From Longimicrobiales bacterium (GTDB lineage Bacteria; Gemmatimonadota; Gemmatimonadetes; Longimicrobiales; Gaopeijiaceae), in assembly GCA_965204735.1 (NCBI GenBank), contig OZ242008.1:896001-960000 (forward strand): a stretch of 64,000 nt of DNA, written 5' to 3'. This document shows positions 9,423-19,186 of this stretch, piece by piece. Positions within the stretch are counted from its first letter, which is position 1, and every line of letters begins with the position of its first letter. The notes under the pieces were generated by a model. It saw only the letters and a list, made by a program, of their open reading frames with translations. It searched no databases and was not told where the DNA came from. A program made the position numbers and the translations under genes.

Positions 9423-10697
9423 ATGAGAATCGAGACGCTGGCCGTCCACGCCGGCTACGAGCCCGACCCGACCACGAAGGCGGTGGCGGTGCCGATCTAC
9501 CAGACCACCGCCTACGCCTTCGACGACACCCAGCACGGGGCTGACCTCTTCGACCTGAAGGTCGAGGGCAACATCTACACCCGGATCATGAACCCGACCC
9601 AGGCGGTGCTGGAGCAGCGGCTGGCGGCGCTGGAAGGGGGCGTCGGCGCCCTTGCGCTCTCGTCGGGACAGGCCGCTTCGACCTACGCGGTCCTGACCAT
9701 CGCCGGCGCTGGCGACAACATCGTCAGCACGTCCACCCTCTACGGGGGCACCTACAACCTCTTCGCCCACACCTTCCCGCAGCTCGGGATCGAGACGCGC
9801 TTCGTGGCGCCGAACGACTTCGACGCAGTCGCGGCGCAGATCGACGAGCGGACCAAGGCGGTCTACTGCGAATCGATCGGCAACCCCGCCGGGAACGTGG
9901 CGGACGTGGAGCGGATCGCCGAGGTGGCCCACGCCCAGGGCGTGCCGGTGATCGTCGACAACACGGTGCCCACCCCCTACCTCTCCCGCCCCTTCGAGCA
10001 CGGCGCCGACATCGTGGTCCACTCGATCACGAAGTACATCGGAGGACACGGCACGATCATCGGCGGCGCCCTCGTCGACTCGGGGACCTTCGACTGGGCT
10101 GCCCACCCGGAGCGCTTCCCGAGCCTCACCCAGCCCGACGCCTCCTACCACGGCATGGTCTACACCGAGGCCGTGGGCGAGCTGGCCTACATCGTCCGGG
10201 CCAGGGTCGTGCCGCTCCGCAACATCGGCGCCGCCATCTCGCCCCACACCGCGTTTCTCGCCCTCCAGGGGCTGGAGACGCTCCCGCTGCGGATGGACCG
10301 GATATGCGACAACGCGACGGCGGTGGCCGAACACCTCCGGCAGCGTCCGCAAGTCGAATGGGTGCGCTACGCCGGACTGGCCGACAGCCCCGAGCAGCCT
10401 CTCCTTAAGAAGTACGCGGGCGGGCGCGCGGCGGGCATCCTCAGCTTCGGGATCAAGGGCGGTCGGGAAGCCGGCGCGCGCTTCATCGACGCGCTGCAGC
10501 TCGTGACCCGCTTGGTGAACATCGGCGACGCCAAGTCGCTGGCCACCCATCCGGCCACCACCACGCACCGGCAGCTTTCGGAGAAAGAGCTGGCGGACAC
10601 CGGCGTCACGGAGGACTTGGTGCGGCTCTCCATCGGGATCGAGCACGTGGACGACATCGTGGAGGACCTGGACCAGGCGCTGGCAGCGGCAGAGTAG
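9423..10697 (+). CDS. metY: O-acetylhomoserine aminocarboxypropyltransferase (sulfhydrylase)
   Basis: PIYQTTAY, IYTRIMNPT, HSITKYIGGHG (PLP Lys), NIGDAKSL, RLSIGIEH. Confidence 0.92.
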   Translation: MRIETLAVHAGYEPDPTTKAVAVPIYQTTAYAFDDTQHGADLFDLKVEGNIYTRIMNPTQAVLEQRLAALEGGVGALALSSGQAASTYAVLTIAGAGDNIVSTSTLYGGTYNLFAHTFPQLGIETRFVAPNDFDAVAAQIDERTKAVYCESIGNPAGNVADVERIAEVAHAQGVPVIVDNTVPTPYLSRPFEHGADIVVHSITKYIGGHGTIIGGALVDSGTFDWAAHPERFPSLTQPDASYHGMVYTEAVGELAYIVRARVVPLRNIGAAISPHTAFLALQGLETLPLRMDRICDNATAVAEHLRQRPQVEWVRYAGLADSPEQPLLKKYAGGRAAGILSFGIKGGREAGARFIDALQLVTRLVNIGDAKSLATHPATTTHRQLSEKELADTGVTEDLVRLSIGIEHVDDIVEDLDQALAAAE

Positions 10698-10965
10698 AGG
10701 AGTCGGGCCGGCGCTGGCCGGACGGTTTCGGGCCGACGACCTGCCTCTCCGACCAGCCGCAGACGCGACCTCTCAACCCCTCCGGACTCGGTCGCCGTGG
10801 GGTCGGAGGCGCGCCCGGAACCAAGGCGCGTCTCCGGTCCCATGGCGTCCGCGGTCCCGTGCTCCCACCTTGCAGTGCATTCCCAGCAAGCGCCCGCCGC
10901 ACGCTTCCGGGTCGCCCGGCGGCAGTGCTTGGGCTTGCCACCACCGACCCCCATCGGAGTTCGTC

Positions 10966-11607
10966 ATGAAGTCTTGGACCCAAGCCCCGGCGGCATCCGT
11001 CGCCCTCGCGATCGTCGCTGCGGTCGCGGTCGCAGCCGGCTTCGCGCCCAGCGCCTTCGCCCAGACCCGGGTCCTCGGCCCAGCGGACGGCCACGACCTG
11101 CCCGCCACCGATCTGGAGCGCGTGGCCGTGGGCGCCGAGGCCCCGCTCTTCGCCTTGGAGTCCTTCGGCGGCGGGACCGTCGCCCTGGCGGAGTACCGAG
11201 GCGTGAAGAACGTCGTTCTCGTCTTCTACCGCGGGCACTGGTGACCCTGGTGCGCCCGTCAGCTCGGCGAGCTGAGAGACCTCTTGCCCCCGCACCTGAC
11301 GGCGGAAACCGAGATCGTGACGGTTTCGGTGGACGACCAGGAGAAGCAGCAGATGATGATCGACAGGATCGTGGCGGAAGGCGGCGCGGTCCCGGACTTC
11401 ACCATGCTCTCCGACCCGGACCACCGCGTGATCGACCGCTACGGCCTCTTCAACCCCGACTCGCGTCCGAACCGACCGGTTCCCCATCCAGCGACCTACG
11501 TGATCGACAAGGAGGGGATCGTGCGGTGGGGGTTCGTCGAGGTGGACTACCGGCTGCGGCCCTCCAACGAGGACGTCTTGGCGGCCCTGCAGGCCCTGGC
11601 AGGCTAG
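10966..11607 (+). CDS. Exported AhpC/TSA peroxiredoxin-like selenoprotein (UxxC)
   Basis: Two track ORFs are in one frame across TGA 11242-11244: FYRGHW-U-PWCARQLGEL; later PATYVIDKEGIVRW. Confidence 0.88.
11259..11275 (+). promoter_or_regulatory. Candidate bacterial SECIS hairpin
   Basis: tcagctc-ggc-gagctga stem-loop starting about 15 nt after the in-frame TGA. Confidence 0.55.
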
Positions 11608-11779
11608 CGCCGGCCGTCCAGCTGGCGGGCGCGGCCGGCCCGCTTTCCCAACGAAAAATGCGGGGTTCGCCAGCGGAAAAAAAATAGTCCCAACGAGACA
11701 TGGGAACGCCCATCGGGGGGTATTAAACTCGGGTCACGCGGATCGAAGGCCCACCTTCCACCCATCCCGAGTCCTCCAG

Positions 11780-12448
11780 ATGAACCCTCCTCGTTGGCTC
11801 GCGCCTGGTCCTGCGCGGCGCTCTCTCCCCTCTCGGGGACGCAGCCGCCGGGCCGCAGCTCTGTCGATACTCCTCGCGACGCCGCTGACGGCGGCCGCCG
11901 CGGGGTTCATGGCAGCCGACCCGATGCGCTTGAGCCGCGCGGCAGCGCGGGCGCAGGTGATGGTCCTTGGGGGGACCTACGAAGGACGAGAAGGGGTGAT
12001 CCTGCAGTCGGGGATGAACGACTGCGGACCGGCTGCGCTGGCGAACGTGCTGAAGGTCCTCGACATCGACGCGACTTCTCTGGATTCCCTGGAAGCGCTG
12101 GCCGGCACGGGTCCAGAGGGAACCTTGGCGAGCGGCCTCGTCCGCGCCGCCGCGGCGTTCGGCCTCCAGCTCGCCCTGACGCGAGTCGAATGGGAGCGGC
12201 GGGGGCAGGTGCCGACGCCGTTCATCGCGTGGGTTCACGAGAGCCACTTCGTCGCCGTGACGGAACGGACCCAGGGCCGCTTCACGGTCTTGGATCCCCA
12301 GATGGGCCGCTACTCGATCGACGAATCCGCGTTCCGGTCGATCTGGACCGGGCAAGCGATCGTCCTTGCCCACCCGCCCAGAACTGCCGCGGCGACGCAC
12401 GTCGCGGTCCCCCGATCCCCCGATTCTCGGGAGGAGGAAGCATCATGA
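11780..12448 (+). CDS. Stand-alone C39-family cysteine peptidase with N-terminal hydrophobic segment
   Basis: ILQSGMNDCGPAALA, ESHFVAV, VLDPQMG, FRSIWTG; no ABC domains. Confidence 0.9.
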   Translation: MNPPRWLAPGPARRSLPSRGRSRRAAALSILLATPLTAAAAGFMAADPMRLSRAAARAQVMVLGGTYEGREGVILQSGMNDCGPAALANVLKVLDIDATSLDSLEALAGTGPEGTLASGLVRAAAAFGLQLALTRVEWERRGQVPTPFIAWVHESHFVAVTERTQGRFTVLDPQMGRYSIDESAFRSIWTGQAIVLAHPPRTAAATHVAVPRSPDSREEEAS

Positions 12449-12741
12449 GCAAGTCTCGCGCTCTCGTTCTCGCCCTGTCCCTTTCGGTTGGCCTAGCCGG
12501 GATGAACGCAGGGCTTCCCGCAGGCGCCGCCGAAGCTGCACCCACCAGCGTCACGGCCTCGCCAGACACCCTGTCGGTCGCCGAAGCTCCGATCCCGACC
12601 GCTGTCGACGTGATGGGCAGCGGCCGCTGGTGGGGAAAGGCTTGGCGGCTGGCCAAGTGCGTCGGTCTCGGGATCCTCACCGGGCTTGTCAACCCAGCGT
12701 ACAGCGGCGTCAAGTTCATGACCTGCTACTTCAGCGCCTGA
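12445..12741 (+). CDS. Peptide precursor 1 (98 aa)
   Basis: GGAGGAGG RBS; signal; DVMGS/G; core GRWWGKAWRLAKC...MTCYFSA. Confidence 0.8.
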   Translation: MSKSRALVLALSLSVGLAGMNAGLPAGAAEAAPTSVTASPDTLSVAEAPIPTAVDVMGSGRWWGKAWRLAKCVGLGILTGLVNPAYSGVKFMTCYFSA

Positions 12742-12832
12742 CTCGCTGCCGTCCCTTCGTCCGGGCTAAGCGTGCCGCGACAACCAAGTGTCGAGGCATT
12801 CCCACTCAACCCGTCTTCTCGGGAGGAACACC

Positions 12833-13126
12833 ATGAAGAAGTCCCGCAGACTCGTCTTCGTCCTGGCTCTTTCGACCGGACTCCTCGGCATGAACGCTGG
12901 ACCTCCAGGCGCACTGCCGGCGCGCCCGGGTGCCGACGCCCCGTCGGCCATGCTCGGGGCTGTTCCGACCCCAGTCACCGACGCCCTCGACATCGCGGGC
13001 AGCGGCACGAAATGGAAGAGGTGGGCGTGCTGGACATGCTTCGGCGTCGGCGTTGCCGTCACCATGAGCCCCTTCGCAATAGTGGGCGCCCTCATCCTTG
13101 TCGGATGCGGAAAGGCGTGCTTCTAG
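12833..13126 (+). CDS. Peptide precursor 2 (97 aa)
   Basis: GGAGGA RBS; signal similar to precursor 1; DIAGS/G; CWTC...CGKAC. Confidence 0.8.
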   Translation: MKKSRRLVFVLALSTGLLGMNAGPPGALPARPGADAPSAMLGAVPTPVTDALDIAGSGTKWKRWACWTCFGVGVAVTMSPFAIVGALILVGCGKACF

Positions 13127-13227
13127 CCTAGCACACTCTCTGCCCCCTGCTCGCTACCCTCTGGCTGGCCGCGGCGACCTGCGCCGCGGACTTCATTCGC
13201 TCATCTACCCACATCGGGAGACATGTC

Positions 13228-13521
13228 ATGAACAATTCTCGTTCTCGCACGGTCGTTCTCGCCCTCGCTCTCTCGCTCGGCCTCTCCGCACCGGGCGCCA
13301 CCCTGTCTTCGCCGTCGCCAAGCACGAGTCCTACGTCGGCCACGGTCGCCGATGTCCAGGGCGCAGGCTGGGGTGCAATCCTGGCCTGTGCGGGCTGTGT
13401 TGCCGGAGCCGTCGCCCTCATCGCGTCGGGTGGGAGCGCGGTCGCTGCGGCGCTCTCCGTCCGAGGGTCGTCGCTCGCTGCCGCAGTATGCGTCGCCGCC
13501 TGCGTCGAAGCGTTGAGGTAG
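13228..13521 (+). CDS. Peptide precursor 3 (97 aa)
   Basis: Signal; DVQGA/GW; CAGC...CVAAC. Confidence 0.8.
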   Translation: MNNSRSRTVVLALALSLGLSAPGATLSSPSPSTSPTSATVADVQGAGWGAILACAGCVAGAVALIASGGSAVAAALSVRGSSLAAAVCVAACVEALR

Positions 13522-13561
13522 CAGGCTTCCTTCCTCACCCCAAAACCAAAGGACACTAGCC

Positions 13562-13855
13562 GTGAGATACACAACACTTCGCCTGGCGGTGGCACTGCTG
13601 GCAGCCTTGTCCCTCGCCCAGTCCACAGCGACAGGCTACGTGCCGGTCGAACCGGCGGCAACAGACGTTCGTCCCGCACCGCTCGCAACGGCGGAAGGCG
13701 GCCTCGTCGGAGCTGGCTGGTTCTCTACGGCCGTCTGCATCGGATGCATAGCAGGGGCCTTAGTCACCGGCGGAGCCAGCATCGCCGGACTAGTCCTGTG
13801 GGTGGCGGCGCATCCCATAATCACAGGGTTCTGCATCGGAGCCTGCGTAGCCTGA
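13562..13855 (+). CDS. Peptide precursor 4 (97 aa)
   Basis: AAGGA RBS plus GTG; signal; GLVGA/GW; CIGC...CIGAC. Confidence 0.8.
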   Translation: MRYTTLRLAVALLAALSLAQSTATGYVPVEPAATDVRPAPLATAEGGLVGAGWFSTAVCIGCIAGALVTGGASIAGLVLWVAAHPIITGFCIGACVA

Positions 13856-13928
13856 CGCCCGTCGGCTCGTTGGCCCGGGCGCGTCGAGTCGATGCGCCCG
13901 GGCCTTCTCCCCCCAACCACGAGCGAAC

Positions 13929-14492
13929 ATGACGTTCTCGACTTCCCCCGCAAAGAAGAAGGCGATGGCCGCGGTCTCGGCGGCTGGCGCCCTCGCTCTC
14001 GCCGGGGCCCCCTTTCTGCTGCTGGACGCACCCGGAACCACAAGAGGACCGCCCGAGCCCCCCTGGTCCTTTCCGGCCGTCGCGGCGCAGGGCCTGCAGG
14101 GCCATCGCTGGAGCTCTACGGCCGACTTGGCTCGGCCGGCCGCTCTCATGTACGTCGACGAAGCGTGCGTTCACTGCAAGGCGGAGCTGCGCACCTGGGA
14201 ATCGCTGGCTCCACGGGCCGACGGGGCGGAACTCTGGATCGTCGCTTCGCCGTCTTCGGACACGCGACAGGCTTCCTGGGCGCCGAGCTCGCTCCGAGGT
14301 CGCGTGCTCAGCGACGCCGACGGAAGCGTCGCGAGGGCACTGAACGTGAAGGCCGTGCCGGTCACCTTTTGGATCGATGCGACCGACACCGTGCGGTTCG
14401 TGCATGTCGGACGCAGCCCACGCCAGCGAATCGCGGAAACCATGCAGTCGATCGCCCGGACTGCACCAGCGCTGGAGACTCGTCCGAAATGA
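13929..14492 (+). CDS. Membrane-anchored thiol-disulfide oxidoreductase (TlpA-like)
   Basis: N-terminal TM; YVDEACVHC; VKAVPVTFWID. Confidence 0.8.
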   Translation: MTFSTSPAKKKAMAAVSAAGALALAGAPFLLLDAPGTTRGPPEPPWSFPAVAAQGLQGHRWSSTADLARPAALMYVDEACVHCKAELRTWESLAPRADGAELWIVASPSSDTRQASWAPSSLRGRVLSDADGSVARALNVKAVPVTFWIDATDTVRFVHVGRSPRQRIAETMQSIARTAPALETRPK

Positions 14493-15139
14493 CCGACGCG
14501 AGTTCGCGGAGCCTTTCCGCGGTCAAGAGGTTTCCCGGCCACTTGGTCCCGGGCATGGACGACATCCGCGCCCACAAGCCCATCCTGGCGCCCGTCGTCG
14601 CGGGGTGGCTCCTTGCCTTCGCCTCGGCCTGGTCCCTTTGGCCTTTCATGACGAGCGCGCTGCCCCCCGAGCAGATCGACGCCGTAGGCGTGCTGTTCTG
14701 GGGATCGGCCGTGCTGGCTCCCTTCTTGATGCTGGCGAAGGCCGGCGTGCTGGCCGTCGTGGGCTGGGCAGTCCTGATTCTGTCCAACTCAGACCGGCGC
14801 CTGCGTTCTCTATACTCGATTCTGCTGTACGGCGAGGCCGTTCTGGCGGCCCAGGGCGTCTTCGCGGCAATCTTGCTGCGGGCGACCACCGACGGCGCGC
14901 CACACTCTCCGGAAGACCTCAAGGCCGCCTTGGGGCTCGCGGCGCTGGCGCCTGCGTCCAGTCCGGTCTTGCAGGCCATGGCCAGCGGCCTTACGCTGCT
15001 GCATGTTGCTTGGTACGCCTTCCTGTATGTCTGCTTTCGACGAGCGCTCGATCTGGGGCGGCTTCCGGCGTGCGCGCTGGCTGCGCTGTTCTGGCTCGCG
15101 CTGCTGGGGTTTGCAGTCGCAGGAGCTTCGTTCCTCTAA
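14489..15139 (+). CDS. Multi-pass membrane protein, Yip1-like
   Basis: About 5 hydrophobic helices with Yip1-like spacing; ATGA overlap. Confidence 0.6.
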   Translation: MTDASSRSLSAVKRFPGHLVPGMDDIRAHKPILAPVVAGWLLAFASAWSLWPFMTSALPPEQIDAVGVLFWGSAVLAPFLMLAKAGVLAVVGWAVLILSNSDRRLRSLYSILLYGEAVLAAQGVFAAILLRATTDGAPHSPEDLKAALGLAALAPASSPVLQAMASGLTLLHVAWYAFLYVCFRRALDLGRLPACALAALFWLALLGFAVAGASFL

Positions 15140-15161
15140 CCAGCTGAGCTGATCGCGATCA

Positions 15162-15887
15162 ATGGTGAGCCTGAAGGAACTCAGCGTTCAGTATCCCAAC
15201 TTCCGCCTTGAACCACTGAGTCTCGAATTCAGCGCTGGAGAGAAGGTCGCTCTGGTGGGCGCCAACGGCGCCGGCAAGAGCACCACGCTGAAGGCCATCG
15301 CCGGCCGATCCAGGGAGTACGAGGGCGCCGTGGAGATCCGCGGCCGGGAGGTGCGTTCCCAGCTCCCGGAGATCCGCACGAAGATCGGATTCCTCCCGGA
15401 ACGCCTCCTGGGGTTCGGGTGGATGTCGGTGGAGGAGCACTTGGCCTTCCTCTCCAACTTCTTTCCGACCTGGGACCACGGCTACGCGAGGGATCTCCTC
15501 CGCCGTCTCGACCTGCCTTCCGGCTCCAAGGTCGGCACGCTCTCGAAGGGGATGGCCGTAAAGCTCTCATTGGTCGCGGCCGAGGCGTTTCGTCCGCCCA
15601 TCCTCATTCTCGACGAGCCTACGTCCGGCATCGACCCGCTCATGCGCGGCGAGCTGCTGGAAGTGGTCAATGAAGCGGTGCCCGACGGACACGACCGCTT
15701 GGTTCTATTCTCGAGCCACATCCTCGAAGACATCGAGCAGGTCTCGGACCGGGTGGTCATGTTGCGCCAGGGCAAGCTGGTAGGCGACACCACCATTGCC
15801 GACCTTCGCGCCCGCGACCCGGAATCTTCCGTCTCCCAACTCCTCTACTCCGCACTGGCGTCCGATGAACCAACATCACCTGCGTAG
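15162..15887 (+). CDS. ABC transporter ATP-binding protein
   Basis: GANGAGKST, LSKGM, ILDEPTSGID, SSH. Confidence 0.95.
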   Translation: MVSLKELSVQYPNFRLEPLSLEFSAGEKVALVGANGAGKSTTLKAIAGRSREYEGAVEIRGREVRSQLPEIRTKIGFLPERLLGFGWMSVEEHLAFLSNFFPTWDHGYARDLLRRLDLPSGSKVGTLSKGMAVKLSLVAAEAFRPPILILDEPTSGIDPLMRGELLEVVNEAVPDGHDRLVLFSSHILEDIEQVSDRVVMLRQGKLVGDTTIADLRARDPESSVSQLLYSALASDEPTSPA

Positions 15888-16572
15888 CCTTCTCCGGGTC
15901 GAGCTCCGTCGCAACCGCAGACACATCCTCGTAGGGCTCGGCCTAGCGGCTGCGGCTGTTCCGGTGCTGAGCCTCTTCGACCGCGCCGACCCTTCGCCCC
16001 TGGGCGCTGTGTTGCTTGTGGCCACGATGAGCAGTGGTATTGGAGTCGTGGGCAACACGTTCAGGGACAAGTTCAACGGGCAACTCGAGTTTCTTACGAC
16101 ACTCCCGGTGCGCAGCAGCACTCTCGCCGCTGCCGTTTTCCTGGCAAATGCGCTGGCGTTCCTTCCCGTCCTTGCAGTTGCCACGGGCGTCGTGCACTGG
16201 GCGCTCTTGCCGAAGCTGGGTGTCGACGCCGGGGGCTGGTCGTGGGGCGCAGCTGCGGCAAGCTGGCTCCTTGTTTCGGCGTTCGCAGGCCTGAGCTGTG
16301 GGATGGTAGTACGCTTCGACATCAACAAGCTCAGTCTCGTGCCAGCTGCGGGGGTCGTCGTGGGTGTCCTGGGCGGCGATCACATCGATGGATGGGTGCG
16401 TGCCAAGGCACCGGCCGTCCTCGAGCTCGCGGCCGCCAGTGCCGACATGGCCTGGGTTCTTGGCGCGGCCGCCTTCTTTCTGCTCTTCGGCACGATGCTA
16501 GGCGCCGGCTTCTTCGTGGCTTGCCAAGGCTATGAGCGCTACCGGCCCAAGCCCGACGTCCTCGAGTGGTGA
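15865..16572 (+). CDS. ABC-2-type permease
   Basis: About 6 TM; DKFNGQLEFLTTLPVRS. Confidence 0.8.
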   Translation: MNQHHLRSLLRVELRRNRRHILVGLGLAAAAVPVLSLFDRADPSPLGAVLLVATMSSGIGVVGNTFRDKFNGQLEFLTTLPVRSSTLAAAVFLANALAFLPVLAVATGVVHWALLPKLGVDAGGWSWGAAAASWLLVSAFAGLSCGMVVRFDINKLSLVPAAGVVVGVLGGDHIDGWVRAKAPAVLELAAASADMAWVLGAAAFFLLFGTMLGAGFFVACQGYERYRPKPDVLEW

Positions 16573-16593
16573 GCCCCCGGCTCGATTGGCGAG

Positions 16594-18960
16594 CTACGGG
16601 CCCGGGAACGGCTCCTGCGCCGGCGTCCGACGCCAGGAGGTCAGCCCGGGAAGGGCGGCCAGCGCCGTCGTGCCTGCCACCAGCGTGCCGAGGATCACCG
16701 CCGCGCCGAAGCGCCGCGTGGGCGGAAAGTCGGAGAGGGCGAAGATTCCGAATCCGGCGACGATCACCGCGCACGCCGTCGCAATGGGCTTGGCCAAGTC
16801 GTCGCGGGCAGTGCGCCACGGGCCGCCTGGCCGCGCCGAGCCGCCGCCCAGGCGATGCACTCGCGTCACGAGGTGGATCATGGAGTCCACACCCATCGCC
16901 AGCGCCACGTTGGCCGCCGGCGACGTGACGATGTCCACGGCCACGCGCGCGTGCCCAAAGGCACCGAGGACGATTGCGGGAACGGCGGCCAAGCAGGCCA
17001 GCATCGCCGCGGCCGTCGCCATCGAACGGGAAACGAGAAAGCCTACCAGCAGAAAGAGACCGAGCAGGCCCCCCAGGCCCACCTTGAGGCTTCCGGCGAC
17101 CAGCTTGCCCAGCCTGTCCTGCAGGTCGTACAGCCCCCCAGTGGCACTCACCGCCAGTCCGGCTCTCTCCGCCCGGCCCGCCAACCGCTCGACCACCGCC
17201 TCCCTGGGCTCCGTCCTGCCGCCCTCGATCATGCGCACCGAGTAGAGCGCCTCCCTTCGGTCTTCGCTCACGAACCCCCTGGCGATTCCGCCGAACTCGG
17301 GGCGCTCCAGGAATCCGATCAGCAGGGAGACCGGCAGGAAGTTCGCAAGCGGAAAGGTTCGGGCGTGGGCCAGGATCGGCGCCGGCGACAGCACGATGCC
17401 CGTGGCCGAGTCCGCTTCCAACGACTCCTGAAGGCGCCACATCCGACGGTAGCCCTCGTCGTTGTCGAGCCTCTCGTCGTCGGAGGACCTTACTGCAAGC
17501 AGCAGTGGACTGCTCCCTCCTTCCCGGTCGACGGCTTCGAGCCCAGGACGGATCGGCCCTCCGGAGTCGAAGTAGCTCAAGAGCCCCGGGTCCGTGTTCA
17601 GGCGGAACACTCCCGTGCCGACGAGGACCGCGAGAACTCCCATGGCGGCCAGAGGGAAAGGTCCAGGAAGGGACCACCCGGGAGGGCGTCGGCCGGTCGG
17701 CCGTTCCAACGCGTACAGGAGCGCTGGTCCCGACCCGACCCGCGCCCATGCGGGAAGGCGCCGGCCGGTCGGAGGTTCCAACCCGTCGACGTCGTCCGCG
17801 ACCGGCGCGTCCCGCCTCGTCGCCTCCGCCCGCCCCGCCGCTTCGGCCCGCCTCGTCGCGCTCGCCAGCCACCCCGGCAGCACCGCGAACGCGCACGCCA
17901 GCGCAACCACCGTGCCCATTGCGCCTGCCGTTCCCAGCTCGCGCAACGGCTTCGCCGAGGCTGCCCACAGACTGACGAACCCCGCAAGGGTCGTGGCCAT
18001 GCACCACAGCGAAGGCTTGATCGTCCGAGCCGCCGCCCGGCTCGCAGGGCACGAGGCCGATCCGGCGTCGGCATCCGGTCCGTCCCGGCTTTCGGCCCGG
18101 GCGCCCATCTCCCGACGCCACGCTGCCGTCAGGAAGACCGTGTGCGACAGCGTCAGCACGAAGGCGATCGTGACGATGTTCGCCGTCAGGAGCCCGATCC
18201 CGACGCCGGCGACCGCGGTGGCCAGCAGCGTCCCGGCGCAGGCGCAGATGCAGGACAGCATCGTGCCCGCGACGAGCCGGGCGTCTCGGTACGCAATGGC
18301 GGCGACGAGCCCGAAGACCAGGAGCGCGGCTGCGCTGAAGACGCCCAGGTCCCGCGCGAGTCCCCGGCGGATCAGCTCCACGATCACCGGAACTCCCGAC
18401 GCGAGAAGGCGGAACTCCCCGCGCTCGTGCTCGTCCAGCGCCGCTTCGATCTGCCGCGTCAGGGCCGCCGCGTCCGCTCCGTCCACCTGCAGTACCAAGT
18501 TCGTCGCGCCGGCAGGCGTCGCAGGGCCGCCTTCCTCGACGCCCCTCCTGCCCGACGGAACGAGCACGCGGCTCCACAGCGGGCTGGTCGGGTCCTGATT
18601 GGCCACGGAGAAGACTTCGCCGACGCCCGGAAGTCCTTCCAGCGCATCGCCCAGCGCAGCCACCCGATCCGCGTAGAGGGCTGCGCCGACGTCCGGCGCC
18701 TCGGCCCGCACGATCACCAGCTCGCCGCCCCCCGAGTACCGCTCGGTCAGCTCCCGCGACTCGCGCAGCTGCGGGTCGCCGGGGGCGAAGAAGAAGTCCG
18801 CCTCCACCTGCGGAGCCAAGTCCACGCGAAGGACGACTCCGGCGACCAGCGTCGCCGCAACCACGACCGACGCAACCGGCGCAAGCCGTGGAAGTCGACG
18901 CCAGACCCACGGCAGCGGGCTCGACTGGGACCGGACGAACCGGGACACGGTGTCGACCAT
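16594..18960 (-). CDS. MMPL/RND-family transporter
   Basis: Two repeats of TM, soluble domain and TM bundle; TTLAGFVSL, GVDSMIH, SDFPPTRRFG. Confidence 0.85.
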   Translation of the reverse strand: MVDTVSRFVRSQSSPLPWVWRRLPRLAPVASVVVAATLVAGVVLRVDLAPQVEADFFFAPGDPQLRESRELTERYSGGGELVIVRAEAPDVGAALYADRVAALGDALEGLPGVGEVFSVANQDPTSPLWSRVLVPSGRRGVEEGGPATPAGATNLVLQVDGADAAALTRQIEAALDEHERGEFRLLASGVPVIVELIRRGLARDLGVFSAAALLVFGLVAAIAYRDARLVAGTMLSCICACAGTLLATAVAGVGIGLLTANIVTIAFVLTLSHTVFLTAAWRREMGARAESRDGPDADAGSASCPASRAAARTIKPSLWCMATTLAGFVSLWAASAKPLRELGTAGAMGTVVALACAFAVLPGWLASATRRAEAAGRAEATRRDAPVADDVDGLEPPTGRRLPAWARVGSGPALLYALERPTGRRPPGWSLPGPFPLAAMGVLAVLVGTGVFRLNTDPGLLSYFDSGGPIRPGLEAVDREGGSSPLLLAVRSSDDERLDNDEGYRRMWRLQESLEADSATGIVLSPAPILAHARTFPLANFLPVSLLIGFLERPEFGGIARGFVSEDRREALYSVRMIEGGRTEPREAVVERLAGRAERAGLAVSATGGLYDLQDRLGKLVAGSLKVGLGGLLGLFLLVGFLVSRSMATAAAMLACLAAVPAIVLGAFGHARVAVDIVTSPAANVALAMGVDSMIHLVTRVHRLGGGSARPGGPWRTARDDLAKPIATACAVIVAGFGIFALSDFPPTRRFGAAVILGTLVAGTTALAALPGLTSWRRTPAQEPFPGP

Positions 18961-19011
18961 GGATTTCGACGCCTTGCTGGCCCCTTGAGGGGACGCCTTG
19001 CAGCCTTCTGC

Positions 19012-19079
19012 GGACGGGTCGGGGAACGGCTTGGACGGGTCGGGGAACGGCCCTTGGACGGGTCGGCGAACGGCCCCTT
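19012..19079. repeat. Tandem repeat, 3 x 21-24 bp
   Basis: ggacgggtcggggaacggc(c)ntt repeated in the divergent intergenic region. Confidence 0.9.
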
Positions 19080-19186
19080 CGCACGGCCGGAGCGCGGGCT
19101 GGACCGGAGCGCGCCGGGGTGGCTTGCGGGGCCGATTACAATAAGTGTATAGGCCGAAGCGATGCGACAGAGGAGGGAGGAGCGGC

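Noticed and set aside
12445..13855. Lanthipeptide, sactipeptide or thiopeptide cluster
   Set aside because: No LanM/LanB, radical SAM or YcaO enzyme; only a thiol oxidoreductase is present.
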